From positions 1,178,001 to 1,242,000 of the forward strand of contig BCGN01000002.1 of NCBI GenBank assembly GCA_001599295.1: a stretch of 64,000 bases of DNA. Reading direction: 5' to 3'. The translations under genes and the position numbers were made by a program. Below are positions 35,948 through 48,074 of this stretch, piece by piece; position 1 is the first letter of the stretch; each line of letters opens with the position of its first letter. The notes below the pieces were generated by a model. That model was not told the origin of the DNA and made no database searches. It was given only the letters and a program-made list of their open reading frames with translations. This stretch comes from Sporopachydermia quercuum. Lineage: Eukaryota.

Positions 35948-38640
35948 TGTATGAAGAATGAAGAATCCTGGAAAGAAGAAACTTCAAACTGTTAGGTTAA
36001 TCAAAATTTGATGACTATTAGAAATTCAACTAGGTTATTCAGTTGATAACTCAATTTGTATCTTGAACACTGTTAAGAATACCAAGAGTATCACGAAGGA
36101 TTATAGATGTGTTGAAGTTGTAGTTTTTTGGAATCTACCCTACGAAATATACATAAGAGTAGTTGAGCAGTTAAATGAACATTTCTTCTGTGAACAACAT
36201 AGCCTAATGAAGGGGTTTCCAGTAGAATAATCAAGCCTTGAAAAGATTATAGAAGACCTTTGAGGTATTAATTAGATGAACATACCGCCGTCTCGTTTAT
36301 CAATTGATTCAATAATAACAGTTTATTATTTATTTATGACTATACAATGCTCATAGTTAGTGAAGTATGAAAATCATCTAAGTTACCCGTCTAGATGATG
36401 GAAAAGATAATTCCGGAACGATGTTATATAACCTACGGGTTTTTGAAAACAGTTTGGGTGGAGAACTATTTGTTTGCTGAAAACTGTCATCATCAGCCTA
36501 GAAGAATTTAATGAATTGGCTTTATTTGAAAGACTAATATCATAGAGAAAGAGTACCCAAAGAGAGGGTTTGCATGAGATAGTTTGAAAATTTGTAACTA
36601 TCAAATTGGATTGTTTGAGGATAATTCAGGAGATTGTGATGAACCTTACTTACTCCAATTATTAGAATGCTCAAAGCACATTATCACATTGATCGAACGT
36701 GTAGACTAATTTCTCTATAATAACTATCATTTGAAGCCGTAGAGTCATCAAGAATTATGTTCTTTGGATATACAACTAATAGGAGCATCAGTTCTGATGG
36801 AATTGTTGAAGTATTGAAACAACAGCTCAATACCATATATCTCATCCATATGTACTACATCTTATAATCAAATGTTTAGCAAATCCTACTTCTGTCTTTT
36901 TATTTCGTCAAGCAAATAAAATAGAAGAGTATTGGTCATAGTACTTTCTACTGGTAATCAATAATATGGTNACATCATCGAGATGTGGGTGTATATATGT
37001 TCTTAATGAACCAGATCGAATTAAGAAGCTGTTGACATCAATCAGCCACTACACAGTTAAGAGAAGAAGAGGAATAACTTTCACCCAAGTAATGCAATGT
37101 CCTTAGAATTTTATTGACGATATCAGTGAACCTTCGTCTGAAGAACATATGATTTCATTTACAATGATTGTTCCAATGGGCAATTTCCAGTTCAATGTTT
37201 TTTCTGCAACGAACGTTTGATTTCATTATTGGAGTGGCTGTTTCAATGAGCATTTTCAATTGACTGTTCACTGCTTATCTTGAAAACCTGAGCACATCCA
37301 TCTTCGACCCACGTTACAACACAATCATGCATTGAAACTACAGAAAATATTACCCAATATAGCTATATCGTTGACGATAAGACGATCGATGAAATAGTAA
37401 AGAGAACAGGAATGGCAACAAGTAAAGGTATAGCCGCTTCTGATTGATTCACAGATGTTGTAACTGAGTCGACATCTTGTAACTTTGTCAAGACGCTACG
37501 TAGTTAATAAAATTCAACGAATTATGAGACTCTTAACTACTAGACAGAAACAACAAATCTGGTACAACTAAAGCACAATTCAATGGCCAATCACTACCAA
37601 GACCATCGTAGTTATTGCCTCTGTCTATTGAATTTACCTTATCTCTTCCCCTCTGGCTCTGCGTTGTCTTATCCAACTCTTTCCCAATTCAATTACATGC
37701 AACATTTTCTTGTCCCATAGCAAAGGGAATATTAATATGAGAAGGAGATTTTGAAGTAAAGTTTTGGGCACTGTTGCTGTGGCAATGAAACCTAAAGTAA
37801 AATCACTGAGCGATTTTATTATTTCGGAAACTTTGATTTAAGATTTGGGCAAGAATANCGGAGAATATTTATTGTCCATGCCTGGTTGAGTAATAGGACA
37901 TCTGTCCATTTAAGACAACCGATGATGTCCCTAAAATTGTCCTACACAGCGACTGTGATAACTTCCATTTCATGAGCTATGACGAAATTATGCAGAATTA
38001 AACAAACTTTAAAAATAGCCTTAGACAGTTTCGGTGTCCGTCTTCTTATGATGAATGCAAAGCGAATATGGCAAGCTTCCATTTGTTTATGAATCAAGTA
38101 GGAAGACAACTAATAGTAAAGTTTAATGAGACACAATTTANTGCGGGTTTATGGGACAAGGATTCCAGAACAAGTAAGGGTTCAAGAAGGGCACAGTTTT
38201 CCGAGGCGTAGGTTATCCACGTCTTAAAAAATATTGCCCATTGTCACATTCCATTGATATAATGACGAAATAATGAATGAAGTAGATCTGAGCCCTGAAT
38301 ATAGATATTGTATTAAAGTTTTGTTGATTCTTTCAAGTCAAGCCTATTCAGGGTAACATACCAAATGATCAAGACCACTGGTTCGTAGGAAAGTCATAAT
38401 TAATGGCAAACAGACGCAAACTTTAGTCAATCTAGACCGTGCTCAATTTGGAAGATAATCGTGTCTCTCAAGCTCGTGGATATTCTTCACAGTTAAGACA
38501 ATCTAAGCATTTCGAAGAAGAACTATACCTATCTCTCATCACTTATGAATGACACTTGCAAACACTTCCATTGTGTCACTGGCTTCAAAAATAAAATAAA
38601 TATGATTTCATCATACTTCAAGTCTATTGAATAACTGAAT

Positions 38641-38769
38641 ATGAAAATGCCAACTCCAATCCAAAGCTTACCCACTCCTGAAATGGATCCTTCGAAACCT
38701 ATGCCGGTGAATGTTCCACCTTCATTTCGAAATCAGGTACCAATCATTACGCAGGATACACCTGCATGA
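38641..38769 (+). CDS. Candidate 42-aa Pro-rich small ORF
   Basis: MKMPTPIQSLPTPEMDPSKPMPVNVPPSFRNQVPIITQDTPA*; below the ORF-track cutoff; composition looks non-random. Confidence 0.25.
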   Translation: MKMPTPIQSLPTPEMDPSKPMPVNVPPSFRNQVPIITQDTPA

Positions 38770-39263
38770 TGACAACATATTCAACCTTATTACTTTTAAA
38801 ATATGTATGAGAAAAAACTGTTTCTGGTAAAAACTAATAACTTAAAAGTTGTTTGACTTCTGAAACTAAACTTTAATTATATGTCCAGCTAAAACAGGAC
38901 TCAATTAAAGTTTCGACCAACAAGGAGCTACACTCTTCCTTTTACGTCTTATCTTGTATGTTTTAGATGCCATCAAATCATTACGCAAAACGCTAATAAT
39001 CATTTCTTTATTGATAGTTTGAGATTGATAATTAGACTTTCCTTCAAATATTGGAGAGGCAAAATGTATAAATATGAAGGTATTTCTCCTTCTTGAACAT
39101 TGAATGAGTTTGCATTTCCTAATTAGTATTCTATTCCGCTCATTATATTATTACACTAACACATAATTATTAACAAAGAGTAGTACTTACTCACTAACTT
39201 ACATTGAACAACATCATCAAACTAATTATAACTAAAATATATACAAAGAAAATTATTATCAAA

Positions 39264-40184
39264 ATGGTTGACACTTTATATGTTCCAAGATCTTCAACTG
39301 AAGAGTTTAAGCCTTTCAACCGTCCAATAAGTATCTTATCAGATTTTGATGGTACTATTTGTATGCAAGATACTGGACACGTCTTAGTTGACTCCTTCGG
39401 CTGTGGTCCTGAATATAGACAGCAACTTGATGAGGCTATCTCATCGGGAAAGCGAAGTTTCAGAGACGCCTCAGAAGATATGTGGAGTTCTTTAAGTATC
39501 AGTCCTCAAGAAGCCAGCGTTCTATTAAAAGAAAAGCTGAGTCTTGATAAAGACTTTACATCATTTTTGGATTTCATTGATGAACGAAACATCTCTTTCA
39601 CTGTTGTTTCAGCAGGTCTAAAACCTATTCTAAGAAGCGTTTTAGATGTGTTCATCGGTGAAGAGAAATCAGCAAAAATTGGTATCATTGCCAATGAAGC
39701 TGAAGTCTCTGAAGATGGCTCAAGCTGGAAGCCTATCTGGATACATGACACAGAATTAGGTCATGATAAGTCAAAATCAGTCAGTGACTTCAAGAAGGAA
39801 TTTGCTTCAAAGAACAATGAAGTTGAACCATTTACTGTGTTCATTGGAGATGGTGTGTCTGATCTAGCTGCAGCTAAAAGAGCTGACATTTTGTTTGCNA
39901 GGAAAGGATTAGCACTAGAAGAATACTGCGTTAACAATATGATTCCTTATATTCCATATGAATCCTTTGCTGATATTCAGGAAGAATTGATTCCATTTGT
40001 CGAATCAAACTCTAACCATCAACCACCAAGATCAAAACATACACACGAAAAGAAGGCTTTCAGTGGCTGGTACATTGATGATGAACCAATTAGACCTTCT
40101 CTACTGAGAAGCAAATCTGATTTTGCTGAAGAAAATGATATTAAGAACGCTTCCTTGGACAGAGCCATGCTTTCTAACTATTAA
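39264..40184 (+). CDS. HAD-superfamily phosphatase (MtnX/YNL010W(Pyp1)-like)
   Basis: SDFDGTICMQDTG motif I; VVSAG; GHDKS; FIGDGVSDLAAA. ATG at 39264 in AAAATGG context. Confidence 0.9.
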   Translation: MVDTLYVPRSSTEEFKPFNRPISILSDFDGTICMQDTGHVLVDSFGCGPEYRQQLDEAISSGKRSFRDASEDMWSSLSISPQEASVLLKEKLSLDKDFTSFLDFIDERNISFTVVSAGLKPILRSVLDVFIGEEKSAKIGIIANEAEVSEDGSSWKPIWIHDTELGHDKSKSVSDFKKEFASKNNEVEPFTVFIGDGVSDLAAAKRADILFXRKGLALEEYCVNNMIPYIPYESFADIQEELIPFVESNSNHQPPRSKHTHEKKAFSGWYIDDEPIRPSLLRSKSDFAEENDIKNASLDRAMLSNY

Positions 40185-40560
40185 GCAATCTTAGAAAATC
40201 GGGAACTCTCGAATACACTCTTTTACCTAGATAAATACATTACATAATAGAGATCGGTTTGGCTGTGAATATAACGGGCTGAGGTTATATATATTGATTA
40301 TTTACTTTCATTCTTGTAGCCATTCGTAATTCTTTCACTGATTGCTACTCAACTTCCCAAATTAATTGAGACTAAATATATGTACTTCGCTGTACTGCAA
40401 ATGCTAATCCAATTTGTTGCTTTATTGTATTCCTGGATCGTAATTCAGCTACAAAATTTATTTGAATCCTTGAATCTATAGAAATGAAAGTTTTATTAAT
40501 ACTGGGGTAAGAGCCTGCACAGCAGAACATACAAGTTTGAGTAACAAGGTAACGCATTGT

Positions 40561-41387
40561 TTAATTACCTGTGGCAGCAGAAGCAGCAGCAGATGCGGAA
40601 GCAGAAGCAGCAGCTCGAAGAGCCAATTTATGCTGCTGATAATTTGGATTACTTTGAGGGAAAATAATCTTTGATCTTGTTAGTGTCACGTTCTTAAATG
40701 TCTACTTTAGTTGCGTCAAATGAATCTACTTACATCAGTGTAAGAAACAACCAAACTAATGAAAGCGAACCTAGTTTGTTGTTAGTATGAAAGNAACAAA
40801 TATTTGCTTTCACAATGATACTCCACGTTATCATTCAGTTCAATCAATTAACTTACAATACTCTCAATGCTGGTGGTTGTGCAGTACTGGAAGAATTATC
40901 GTAATTCTTAGGTTCGTCCAGATATGTTTGAACAGCTGTGAATAAAGCGGTCCAACTCATAATCCTGTAAAAATGTAAAGCCATGGTTAATTCTACTGCC
41001 AACTCAACCCAAGAGTAGTTTTGGCTCGTCCAAAAACAATAACGTACTTGTTTCTAAGAATAAAATATGTTAGTATCTAGAAATTTTAAACCGTTCTACT
41101 TCCTCACTGTGAAGATAATATATGACATTGGTGACTTACCTAGTGAACATTGCGACCATAGGAAGGGCGGAACTAATGATTGCAGTAACTTCGGCTGGCC
41201 CCTTTGGTTGCTTGTGAACATAACTGGAACTATTGTTAGTTTAATGATCATTGCTGTCGAAGATCAAATGAAATGAGCATTCGATGAATTAAATGCTCCC
41301 GCTTGAAATAAACTAGTAGTTGGACTTCGAAATCTGAACTTACGGTACAACCAAGTCAGCACTTCTCAAATCTTTTCTGCCAGACAT
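40561..41387 (-). CDS. PAT complex subunit Asterix (WDR83OS/PAT10; YPR063C-like). Six exons: 41387-41344, 41223-41140, 41053-41048, 40964-40857, 40770-40734, 40668-40561
   Basis: Not in ORF track. Spliced 128-aa product MSGRKDLRSADLVVPYVH...SSALPMVAMFTRNKIMSWTALFTAVQTYLDEP...QPPALRVLFAFISLVVSYTDIIFP... matches fungal Asterix motifs. All five introns have GT donors and branch points. Confidence 0.88.
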
Positions 41388-43099
41388 CTCTATTAAAGTA
41401 TCTTCAATTCCACTTCTTGATTCTACTAAATTCTCTAATGATTTTTTGATGCTTTATTTCTAATTATACAGAGGTAAGGAATTAGACTACTTTTTCCACT
41501 TATTATCTACAGTCACAAGCTCAAATAAACGGTGGCCTGAATTTTGACCTTGACAACTTCTTCCCTCTCAGTAACAGTCTCGCAATCTNCCCACTATCAA
41601 GTATTATTGTATCACGTGCACTAGACACATAGATTTCTATATCGCTTTCCCCAATCAAATGATAAACCAACAGCTTCTCAAAGATTGATGAATAAATTAT
41701 AGTTTAAGTCAACTTTTGAGCAACTATGATTCTGTTTCTATTTAAAGGTTTTGTAGCATTCTTTCAGTGTATGAAAACATAGTGGGCTCCTCCCCTAACA
41801 TTAGTCTTCTACAAGGCATTTCCTCCGTACACAAGGTGGGCATATTGAGAAATGACATTTATCGATCCAGCCATTGTCGTGAACAGCATAAATTAGCCCA
41901 TCAGCCCTACAACTGCTTGATAGTGTGGGCATGTTTTTACGCTGAGTATATTGAGTCCATTCTAATGAGTATCATCAAAAAGATAGCAATTTTGCAATGG
42001 AATACTTTAGTATTTGCGGCATCTACAAGTATACGTAGATAGAAGAAACACAGTAAGGAGTTCAATAGTGTATAGATCCAAAAGTTTATTGAAATTTCGT
42101 AAATATACTCAGCTGTACATAACAGACAGACGAAATGAAGGGCGCGACCTGCCAAAAATGAACTGGGAGTAATATCGATCAGGAACTGATAAGGCTCATA
42201 AGAGGTAGCATAGTAGAAGGATAGCTGAAGACTTGTATCTTTGCGCAATTGCGAAACCATTTGGAAGCTCAGGCAGATCAGCTTGTGTAATAATATCCAT
42301 CTTTCGGAATCTAAAATGGTTCCAACAGAATTCACTTATAGGAGAGAAAAATAAAATTGCCTACTCCTGTTTTCTTCTATTAGTATTTCCTCCGTGATAG
42401 TCTCATTGACTTTATCTTGAAGTACGGTTTCTATAACCGCATATATTACCTGCTCGGTAATACGTAGAGTCACAGAGGTAGATAGTCCATTGTTCAGTTA
42501 AGAAGTGTATAGTTGAATTTGACCAGGTGTTGTGAAAACGAAGAGCTAGAATGAAAATTCTTTCATACTGATTAACTTCAACTTCAATAAAAATAACAAT
42601 GGTTTATGAATATATAAAAAAGAGAAATTTAAAATATTATATATAAGTGCTTATTTAATTCTTGCACACGACGTTTGTTGTTCTGGTCTCATCAAAGTTT
42701 GAGGATGTGTCCCAAAACAGTAGATAGGTTCTGCAAAAACTCTCTTATAGTAATGAAGAAACCTGGAATTTGGTCTTCAGGATACCCCGATCTTTCGGGA
42801 ACAATCCTAAGTCCTGGGAATAACATGCGAGCATGTGAATATTGAAAAGTGAATGATGTTACTATACGATCATAAGAATTGAAATAGGGCTGAGTAATGG
42901 ATATTGTTACATTAAAGAATAGACGGAAAGATTTACTAAAGACGCAAGTTCCATCAAACAAACGAAATGAATGAATTAGATTCAGCTGAATGTTATTGGT
43001 TACTTATTTAATTCATGACATTAAGTGATTCTCTCTACTGGGATCGAGATGGAGTGTAGCGTATTTAGTGCTCACTGACTGTATTCTATAACTGAAAGC

Positions 43100-43901
43100 A
43101 TGGCCAGAAGTAGGAAAAATACGCCTGAAACGATAGAGTTTCAGAAAATGAATATTGAGGAGTTTAGAAAGAAGGGATTTACATTTGATGGTGAAAACAA
43201 AGCAAGAAGTATACCAACGCAGAGTTTGATAGATCAAATCGAATTTTTAAAGAAAAAACAAAGACAATTTGAGCAAACGAGTACAACATTAAGAGATAGA
43301 AGACCAAAAATAGAAGCAATAACTGATGAAGAGATAAGAAATCAAAACATTGGATTTGGTGAAACTGCAAACAATGACAATTCAGGTGTAGTTTTGCTCG
43401 AATTTCTGGATGCTCTGATGTATATCATTCCATTGAGTTCGGTTCACTTAGCATTAGACATTCTGGTTTACAGACAGTATCGGCAGGATGTTGATTGGCA
43501 TGAGATGATTACACGGCTGTCTCAAGCATTTCCAAGTAAGTTCAGTTCATAAAATTATTGATCATCAAAGATGGTGCAGGGGTTAAACGTTACCAGTTAA
43601 TCCTTTGCTAGTAACTTATTTTGACTAACTAAGTAATCTAGTATTGCTGGCATTATATTATGTCGTTCATTTCAGGAAAGAAAAAATTATGATAAAGATT
43701 GCATTATTCTTTTCTTCCTTAATAGTGGGACCTTATCTGTTCTATTGTGTAAACGAAGAAGGATATTTTGCGACAATGAAGAAAGCTCCTCCGTTAGGGA
43801 CATTATGGGTTTATTCCTTCCTTGAGCTAGACTGGTACTATAGTTTGGTCTCACTTTTAGCAACCTGGTGCTGGGCATTTTTCCACAACTATTCTTTATA
43901 G
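43100..43901 (+). CDS. Conserved fungal multi-pass membrane protein of unknown function. Exons 43100-43535, 43642-43901
   Basis: GTAAGT...GACTAAC...TAG intron joins two ORFs in frame. Motifs LSSVHLALDILVYRQY and GYFATMKKAPPLGTLWV. Confidence 0.78.
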
Positions 43902-44035
43902 TGTTTGATTATGTGGCCAATACTTTTTCCAAAACTCTCTAATGTTTGCTCAAAGTGTGTGATGACTTGAACATATGTGATGTGATATGAGTAGTGGTTA
44001 TTTCTTATATAGATCTGAATTCACACTGTAATGAA

Positions 44036-45061
44036 TTAGTGCAGAGCCTCTAACAAATCCCTTTGACCATATTTGCTCCCAATTATTAGTATAGTAGTAT
44101 CTGCAAGAAACGTATATTTACCATTGTATTTTTCTTGTGACTGCTTTAACAAAATGCATGACTTTCCCAATTCTCTCACAATNGACATTTCAGAAGCATC
44201 CAGTAAATCAGGGATTCTCAACAACAGTGCAAAAATCCATTTAGACAGCTGATTGTTCAATTCTTCTTTGCTGGACCTCAACTGATTAATTTGATTTGTC
44301 ACAAGAACTATAGCATGTAAAGCGTATTGATGATTCAACGTTTTAACTTTATCTATGCCGATAGATTCTTCTGAGTTTAGGAACTGTCCCCATGTTTCCT
44401 GAGAGCCAAGTTTTGATTTCCAGTAAAGGACATTATCTAGTTGTTGTTGAGCAATCTTCGGATCTTCAAGGGATTCTTGAAAAGAGTTTTTCAGACGCTC
44501 GAACTGATGGCAATATGATTCTCTCCAATGGTGTTCTTTGTTACTGTTTTCTTTATTATTACTAAAACTTTCATTTTCAATAGGTTCTCCATCTTCACAT
44601 TCACATGCTTCAGCAGCTATCTCATCGGACGGCTCGTCTTCATATTCACTTTCAGTGAGTTCATTTCTTTGATCCCACAATAAACTGAATACTTTAGATT
44701 CAGCTTCGGTTCTAATACTTGTTAATGTGACTTTCCCTTCCAATTATAGCAGTATTTGCAGTAGTATCAAAAGCTTAACTTACCTCACGGTTGCTAAGTA
44801 TGTAAGAACATCTGCTGGAGGATTATGCGGATTATAAACAATCTTCTTGTTCAAATTCACTGGGAATGCACTTCTTTGACCAAACAATTCATCAATTTGC
44901 CCTATTGCAGTCACATTAGATACGCAGTTTATTTCCTTAATATCAGTACTCTTATTATTTCTTTTGGACTTTTTCTTCCGTTTCTTAGTGTTGTCCTGTC
45001 TTAAGATCTGTTCATCAGATTGTTTCGCCAGTCGTTTTTCTGGAATACTTATATTACTCAT
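44036..45061 (-). CDS. BRR1: snRNP biogenesis factor Brr1/Gemin2 (SIP1 family). Exons 45061-44784, 44711-44036
   Basis: FGQRSAFP, YLATVR|TEAE, KWIFALLLRIPDLLDASEM.IVRELGKSC, IIGSKYGQRDL. Close to TFB4, as in S. cerevisiae. Confidence 0.85.
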
Positions 45062-45853
45062 TGCGACAACATTACTAATAATCTCAGAAATATATAAAAA
45101 TTCTGCTGATAGAACTTTTGATTCAAATTTTACTTCTGGAACCTACAAGAGCACTAAAAGTGAATGCCAATTATCGTGATTAGTTGCAATTGGCAATGTA
45201 GATAGATAAGCCGTTGACATATATCGCACACAGAAAGAAGAAGAGTAAGGATCGATAGATAACCATCACCAACCCTGAATGAAATATAATATCAATATAT
45301 ACAATATCAATTTTTAGGTTCTTCCCAGCTCTTATGATTTTATTTAAATATACTTCTTTTGCAATAGTAGTATTATAGGTATGATCACAGGTTTGATTAT
45401 TGTCGTATGATGAAAGAGTAAAAGTTCCAAGCCGTATCAATTTTTCTTGTTTTCATGTGCAAATTGAAAACTTACATTAGACTTTGCATCTCAATCAGCA
45501 ATTATGAAGNATGGAGTGAAATCAGTTACACATTGTCATACCACTTCTTTTTTTGAATAATTTTTTCTTCTTCATATATCTCTCTATATTTTTAATAACA
45601 CTTTATTATATTCACGATTATCAGCTCTGATTGCTGTTCGAATAAGAATGTGAATGAGAAAACAGTAAGAAGTGAAGAACACATGAAAGAAGAGACAATA
45701 GAGAAGAAGAGGAAGTAGTAGTTAGTTCCTATGCAGTTATTGAAAGTGCAATAGTACTTTTGCTATTCACAATAATTTTTTAGGGACAACTTGAAAATGC
45801 GATAGGGATGTTGAATATATTTGCAATTAGAAGGAAAAGAACTCATCTACTTA

Positions 45854-46348
45854 ATGTTGAAACGAAAACTAGAACAGTCTGACATTGAATCAGATGATGA
45901 TGATGAGACAAGATCTCAACTAAAAAAAGGTCAAATAGACGGTCCAGATAGACTTCAAGTGGCAATAACCTGTCAATTACCTCCGTTCTGCAACACATTA
46001 AATCCTCCTAATAGGTTTGAGAATTACAGTCAATATGAACAACATTATTATAGTAACCATTGTTTTACATGCCAGGGCTGTTCACCAAATAAAGTATTTC
46101 CTAGTCAAAGATATTTAGATCTTCATTTGAATGAAAATCATAATCCTTTCTTTGATGTTAGGAAAGATAGAGGCGAGAAAGTATATGAATGTTTTATTGA
46201 AAGCTGTGAGAAAGTATGTAGTTCTCCTCAGACCAGAAGACTTCATATGATTGATAAACATGGGTATCCAAGAGATTTTTTATTTAGCATCATTAATATT
46301 GGTCTCAGAAAGAATCAAACGTCTTTATTGAAACAATGGAATAACTAA
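45854..46348 (+). CDS. C2H2 zinc-finger protein (ZNF511-like)
   Basis: CQLPPFC...YEQHYYSNH; CQGC...FPSQRYLDLHLNENHNPFF; YECFIESCEKVC...RRLHMIDKHGYP. ATG at 45854. Confidence 0.82.
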   Translation: MLKRKLEQSDIESDDDDETRSQLKKGQIDGPDRLQVAITCQLPPFCNTLNPPNRFENYSQYEQHYYSNHCFTCQGCSPNKVFPSQRYLDLHLNENHNPFFDVRKDRGEKVYECFIESCEKVCSSPQTRRLHMIDKHGYPRDFLFSIINIGLRKNQTSLLKQWNN

Positions 46349-46580
46349 GAAACTTGTGCTTAGCTACATTAAGCTATCCATCGAAATCTTACAGGGTGAG
46401 GATATAATATAAGGGAAAGACACCTTTGTTTCAAGATCCGATATTCAGAGTATATGCAGATTATATTAGGGTATGAATATCATTGACATATGTGATTGCA
46501 TGGTTGGCTGTATATATATAATCATGCCTTCAGATATGAATGCAATGATTTGGTTAGTCACATAATAGGAAGCATCAATT

Positions 46581-48074
46581 TTATGAAGGTGTATGACCAT
46601 TTGAATCATTCAATTTTCTTCTTTTCTTCAGTCTTTTCTTGACAGCAACAATTGGTTTTTTCCTTAGAGACTCTAGAACCTTCTCATTGAAATTACTATC
46701 ACATGTGGGGCACTTATTTTCAGCTGGAATAAAACTCAGAACTTTTTGTTGAAATTAACGTTAGTAAAAGTTCAATTGAAACATGGCAACACAACAAGCT
46801 CAACTTAAAACTCAACTTACTGCATAGACAGACACTACAGACATATCCAACCTCCACAGTTCTTTTCGTTAGGAAACACGAAGCTCGGAAATCAATATTG
46901 TTCTGAGTCGGCAGCAGGAAGTACTGCCGCACATTAGGTTCTACAAATAGTCCAGTCTAAATTACTGTTAGTATATCCAAATGCCTATCTAATGCTTCAA
47001 GAATGAGTAAATTGTAGCCATTGTTACAACAGAAGACATAAAGAACACTCTATCATTTAACCGTAGTTATACATACAGCAAGATATTGCATTAATCCTTT
47101 GGGATGTTTTATCCTCATATAGACACCATTGGTTGCATCAGATGCTTGTTGTAAAAAAGTTGCATCTTCTCCTATTTTGCAAACATCAAGAGGCATATGC
47201 TAGATTTAGTGTTAGACAAATCCAAATAACCACAAACACGCGGGCATGTATTGAAATTAACCTCCTAAGTAACATCTGAATCCAATACTTACCATTTTCT
47301 GAGCACTGAATATACCATTCATCAACGGCACATAGTGTAATGAATCGTCCACACTGACAGTAACCATAAGAACTCTACTTGTCATTTGTCCAATGCCAGT
47401 CTCCTCTCCTGATGAGCACATTCTTCTACTATATGTTAAAGCTAAGCCTAACGTTCCAGCTAATGTAGATTTATGATTATTATATTTTATCAGGAAATCA
47501 ACAATTTGTCTGTTTCTATCAACACCTTCAACTTCCACAAAGTTTTTCAGAATTTCCTGTTGCTCTTTTTCCAATGTTGAATTAAGTTCCCTCAATACTG
47601 ATTCATCAACTACTCGAAACTGTCTGTACATAGTATCACTTAGTAGATGATCATCATCTTGAATGTTAACACCTTCGCCGCCAACTTTTGGGAAGAGGAA
47701 TTTCGATCCTGTTGCATGTGAAGCAATTACTGCTACTTTATTTCCATTATTTAAAGACAAATGAGCATTTGCCATGACCAATATAGCTTCAATGACATCT
47801 TTCAGTGTTACCTTATTTTCTTCTTCTGCTAAATATGTTTGCTTCAACCATTCTACAGGATTTGTATCAATTATTACTGTCAGCAAACTAGGAATTTCGT
47901 CTTTAATACTCAGTTAGTACTTATTGCCAAAAATAAACAAGGGAGCCCTTTTATAATTAATAATTCATCAACTGGCTGGCGTAGAAGGTGAGCTGATTGT
48001 CTTTCTGACTTACCCATAACACTTCCCATGGCACTTGGTGCATTGTGGAAAGCGGTTTCTGCTATTGCATCCAT
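46581..48074 (-). CDS. TFB4: TFIIH core subunit Tfb4 (p34). Exons 48074-48014, 47900-47293, 47199-47077, 46956-46821, 46741-46581
   Basis: MDAI...PSLLTVIIDTNP; LMNGIFSAQK; FLQQASDATNGVY; IDFRASCF...GYVCSVCLCI...CPTC; basic C-terminal NLS. Four introns restore the frame. Confidence 0.95.
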
